64,000 nt of DNA from Christensenellales bacterium (GTDB lineage: Bacteria > Bacillota > Clostridia > Christensenellales > CAG-917), in contig JBGUQC010000004.1 in the NCBI GenBank assembly GCA_045130665.1, forward strand, positions 635,217 to 699,216, written 5' to 3'. A program made the position numbers and the translations under genes. The notes beneath the pieces are model-generated. The model was given only the letters and a program-made list of their open reading frames with translations, was not told the origin of the DNA and did not search any database. Every line of letters starts with the position of its first letter. The first letter of the stretch is position 1. Positions 62,195 to 64,000 of this stretch are shown piece by piece.

Positions 62195-63175
62195 TTATTT
62201 ATCTGTGTACTGTGCTGCAATTTCTACAATTTTACGTAATCGATGGTTTAAACAGCTCTTTGATATACCTAAAACCTCTGATAGTTCATTTAGCGATGCT
62301 TGAGGCATATCCATTCTTGCCTGTGCTGTATCATACAAATCTTTAGGTAAAGTCTCTAGACCAACCCTCTCTTCAATAGTGCCAATGGCTAGTAAATGTT
62401 TGGATGCAGCAACGAAAGTTTTATCTAAATTATGAGCCTCACAAATAGCTGAACGGTTAATAATATTAGATGTCATTCTTTCGTTAATAATTATCTTTAA
62501 TTCTGCAGCACTTTCTACTGCACCTAATATACCAAGCATACCTAATATCTCATCTTTATCTTTGAGATAAACTAAGATATTTTGGTTTCTTTCACTTGTC
62601 TTTGGATGAATTCCATGTATGTTGAGTAATTGCACTATGGATTCAGATAAATCCTCTGAAGGTTGAGCAAACTCAAAATGATATCCATCCTTTTTATCTT
62701 CTTCACTTAGTGAAGGAACAAATACTGAACCACAAGCAACAAATAGACCATCAAAGTATGCTTCAGCATTCTTTTGGTTTTTGTAAACCAACTCTGGCAT
62801 TGTAGAGACAAAAGCTATAACTTGGTCGTCCTTCATCTTAATAAGTCCCAAATCTCTCATAACATCTAATGTTATAATGGCCGGAACAGATACTGCATAA
62901 TGCTTTCCACCGGATCCTTTGTTATTCTTTGTCTTTGGCATTAAGAGTTCAAATACTGTTTGGTAATCAACCTTTAGAATATCTATGATATTCATAGCTA
63001 TATCTACGGTTGGAACGCTAAATACAAAATTCATACGTCCATTGGTGTATTCAATAGACCCTGCAACCTTTCCTAAAGCAGATAGGTAAGAAAACCTCTC
63101 TTCCTTTTTCATAAAATGAGAGGCTCTTTTTAGTATTTCCTTTACCAAATTATCGCTGAATTCAGATCTTGCCAT
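62195..63175 (-). CDS. whiA: DNA-binding protein WhiA
   Basis: Degenerate LAGLIDADG-like core (FDGLFVACGSV...GYHFEF), ILVYLKDKDEILGML, and the C-terminal HTH LNELSEVLGISKSCLNHRLRKIVEIA. Confidence 0.8.
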   Translation of the reverse strand: MARSEFSDNLVKEILKRASHFMKKEERFSYLSALGKVAGSIEYTNGRMNFVFSVPTVDIAMNIIDILKVDYQTVFELLMPKTKNNKGSGGKHYAVSVPAIITLDVMRDLGLIKMKDDQVIAFVSTMPELVYKNQKNAEAYFDGLFVACGSVFVPSLSEEDKKDGYHFEFAQPSEDLSESIVQLLNIHGIHPKTSERNQNILVYLKDKDEILGMLGILGAVESAAELKIIINERMTSNIINRSAICEAHNLDKTFVAASKHLLAIGTIEERVGLETLPKDLYDTAQARMDMPQASLNELSEVLGISKSCLNHRLRKIVEIAAQYTDK

Positions 63176-63945
63176 TATTTCTTCTCTACGTATCCTGATT
63201 TATCTTTGAATACTGGTGCAAAACCAATACCTGCTATTCTATCTAATGGAATATTGTGTGCTTCAATGAAGTCTATGACTTTATTGAACTTTCCAGTATT
63301 CCTTGGTGAATGAGCATCACTACCCATGATGAAATATACATTTGTTGCAAGTATATCATCTATACATGGTGCTATTTCGTCTATATGCTTTTCGTTGAGT
63401 TCAATGAATATATCTTTCTTTGCGGCTGCTTCGCATACAGCTACGGCATCTACAAGAGTTCTAGATTGAAGATGTACAAGTACATCTATTGGATATCTTT
63501 CTATTGCACTTAGATATGCCCATGTATTAGTTGTTCTTAACTTTTCACGAGAGCGGTCTGAACCAAAACCATTGGTAATAATATATTTCATATTATTTGT
63601 CCAAACAGGTGGTTCTAGCCATCTATGGAATCCCATAGATAATAGTTCTATTCTTGGCATAACATCTGCTGGTATATCCATATCACCATTTTTGTTAATT
63701 AAATTGCCCTCAACGCCATGATAAATTTTGATTTCAAAATCATCTACAGTATGTAACATACTGATTTCTTCAGTTTGGTTGTCAAACTTGTGATGTGACA
63801 TTGATGTAAAAAGTGTACGGAATGAATGATCCGTAATAGCAATTTCTTTTAATCCAGCTTTAATAGCTGCACGAGCTTGCTCTGTAATTGATGAAGTCCC
63901 GTCAGATGCTGTAGTATGTAAATGATAATCTCCAAATATTTCCAT
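63175..63945 (-). CDS. PHP-domain phosphatase (histidinol-phosphatase-like family)
   Basis: GDYHLHTTASDG, ITDHS, HLQ and GSDAHS metal-ligand motifs. Confidence 0.7.
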   Translation of the reverse strand: MEIFGDYHLHTTASDGTSSITEQARAAIKAGLKEIAITDHSFRTLFTSMSHHKFDNQTEEISMLHTVDDFEIKIYHGVEGNLINKNGDMDIPADVMPRIELLSMGFHRWLEPPVWTNNMKYIITNGFGSDRSREKLRTTNTWAYLSAIERYPIDVLVHLQSRTLVDAVAVCEAAAKKDIFIELNEKHIDEIAPCIDDILATNVYFIMGSDAHSPRNTGKFNKVIDFIEAHNIPLDRIAGIGFAPVFKDKSGYVEKK

Positions 63946-64000
63946 TTCCCCTCTCTAAAATTTCATAAAATCATGAAATAGTATAGTTTTCAATAAGTAA

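Overview
Low-GC Bacillota-type chromosomal segment, transcribed almost entirely on the minus strand. From 1 to 36.5 kb it carries housekeeping genes: a phosphohexomutase, a PHP phosphoesterase, rmuC, cca, hpt, tilS, a seven-gene arginine operon (argG-H-C-J-B-D-F), a class I Fe-S hydro-lyase pair and tRNA-Arg(ACG). The same stretch holds a T-box leader with an apparent Tyr (UAC) specifier in front of a sodium:solute symporter, then YloV/DegV, flavodoxin, SufC/SufBD, rfbB and malic enzyme. It ends with a four-gene envelope cluster: a membrane-domain/ABC-ATPase fusion, a polytopic permease, a small anchored protein, and a 1451-aa lipoprotein with about 8 tandem Ig-like repeats. From 55 to 64 kb lie rlmD, an esterase, pfkA, dnaE, whiA and a PHP protein. 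Between about 36,573 and 54,979 sits an ~18.4-kb compositionally foreign island inserted in the 3' end of rlmD. It is bounded by imperfect direct repeats sharing TTTTGTGG. Its backbone resembles Tn4451-type mobilisable transposons: a large serine recombinase, a TnpV-like protein, a MOBV-like relaxase, and small RHH-like and sigma-region-4-like regulators. It has no T4SS and no phage structural genes. The cargo is two tightly packed minus-strand operons that look like defence. Operon A encodes an HTH/AAA-ATPase/PD-(D/E)XK protein, a minimal nucleotidyltransferase and an Abi_2/HEPN protein. Operon B encodes an MTase-like 325-aa protein, a 1345-aa T5orf172 (GIY-YIG-like)/SF2-helicase/N6A-MTase fusion and a 776-aa four-TM protein with no recognisable domain. 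An orphan HD-like gene sits at the island edge. I do not recognise either operon as a named defence system, and these are the best candidates for something new. All calls come from reading the ORF translations and the DNA by eye; no searches were run.
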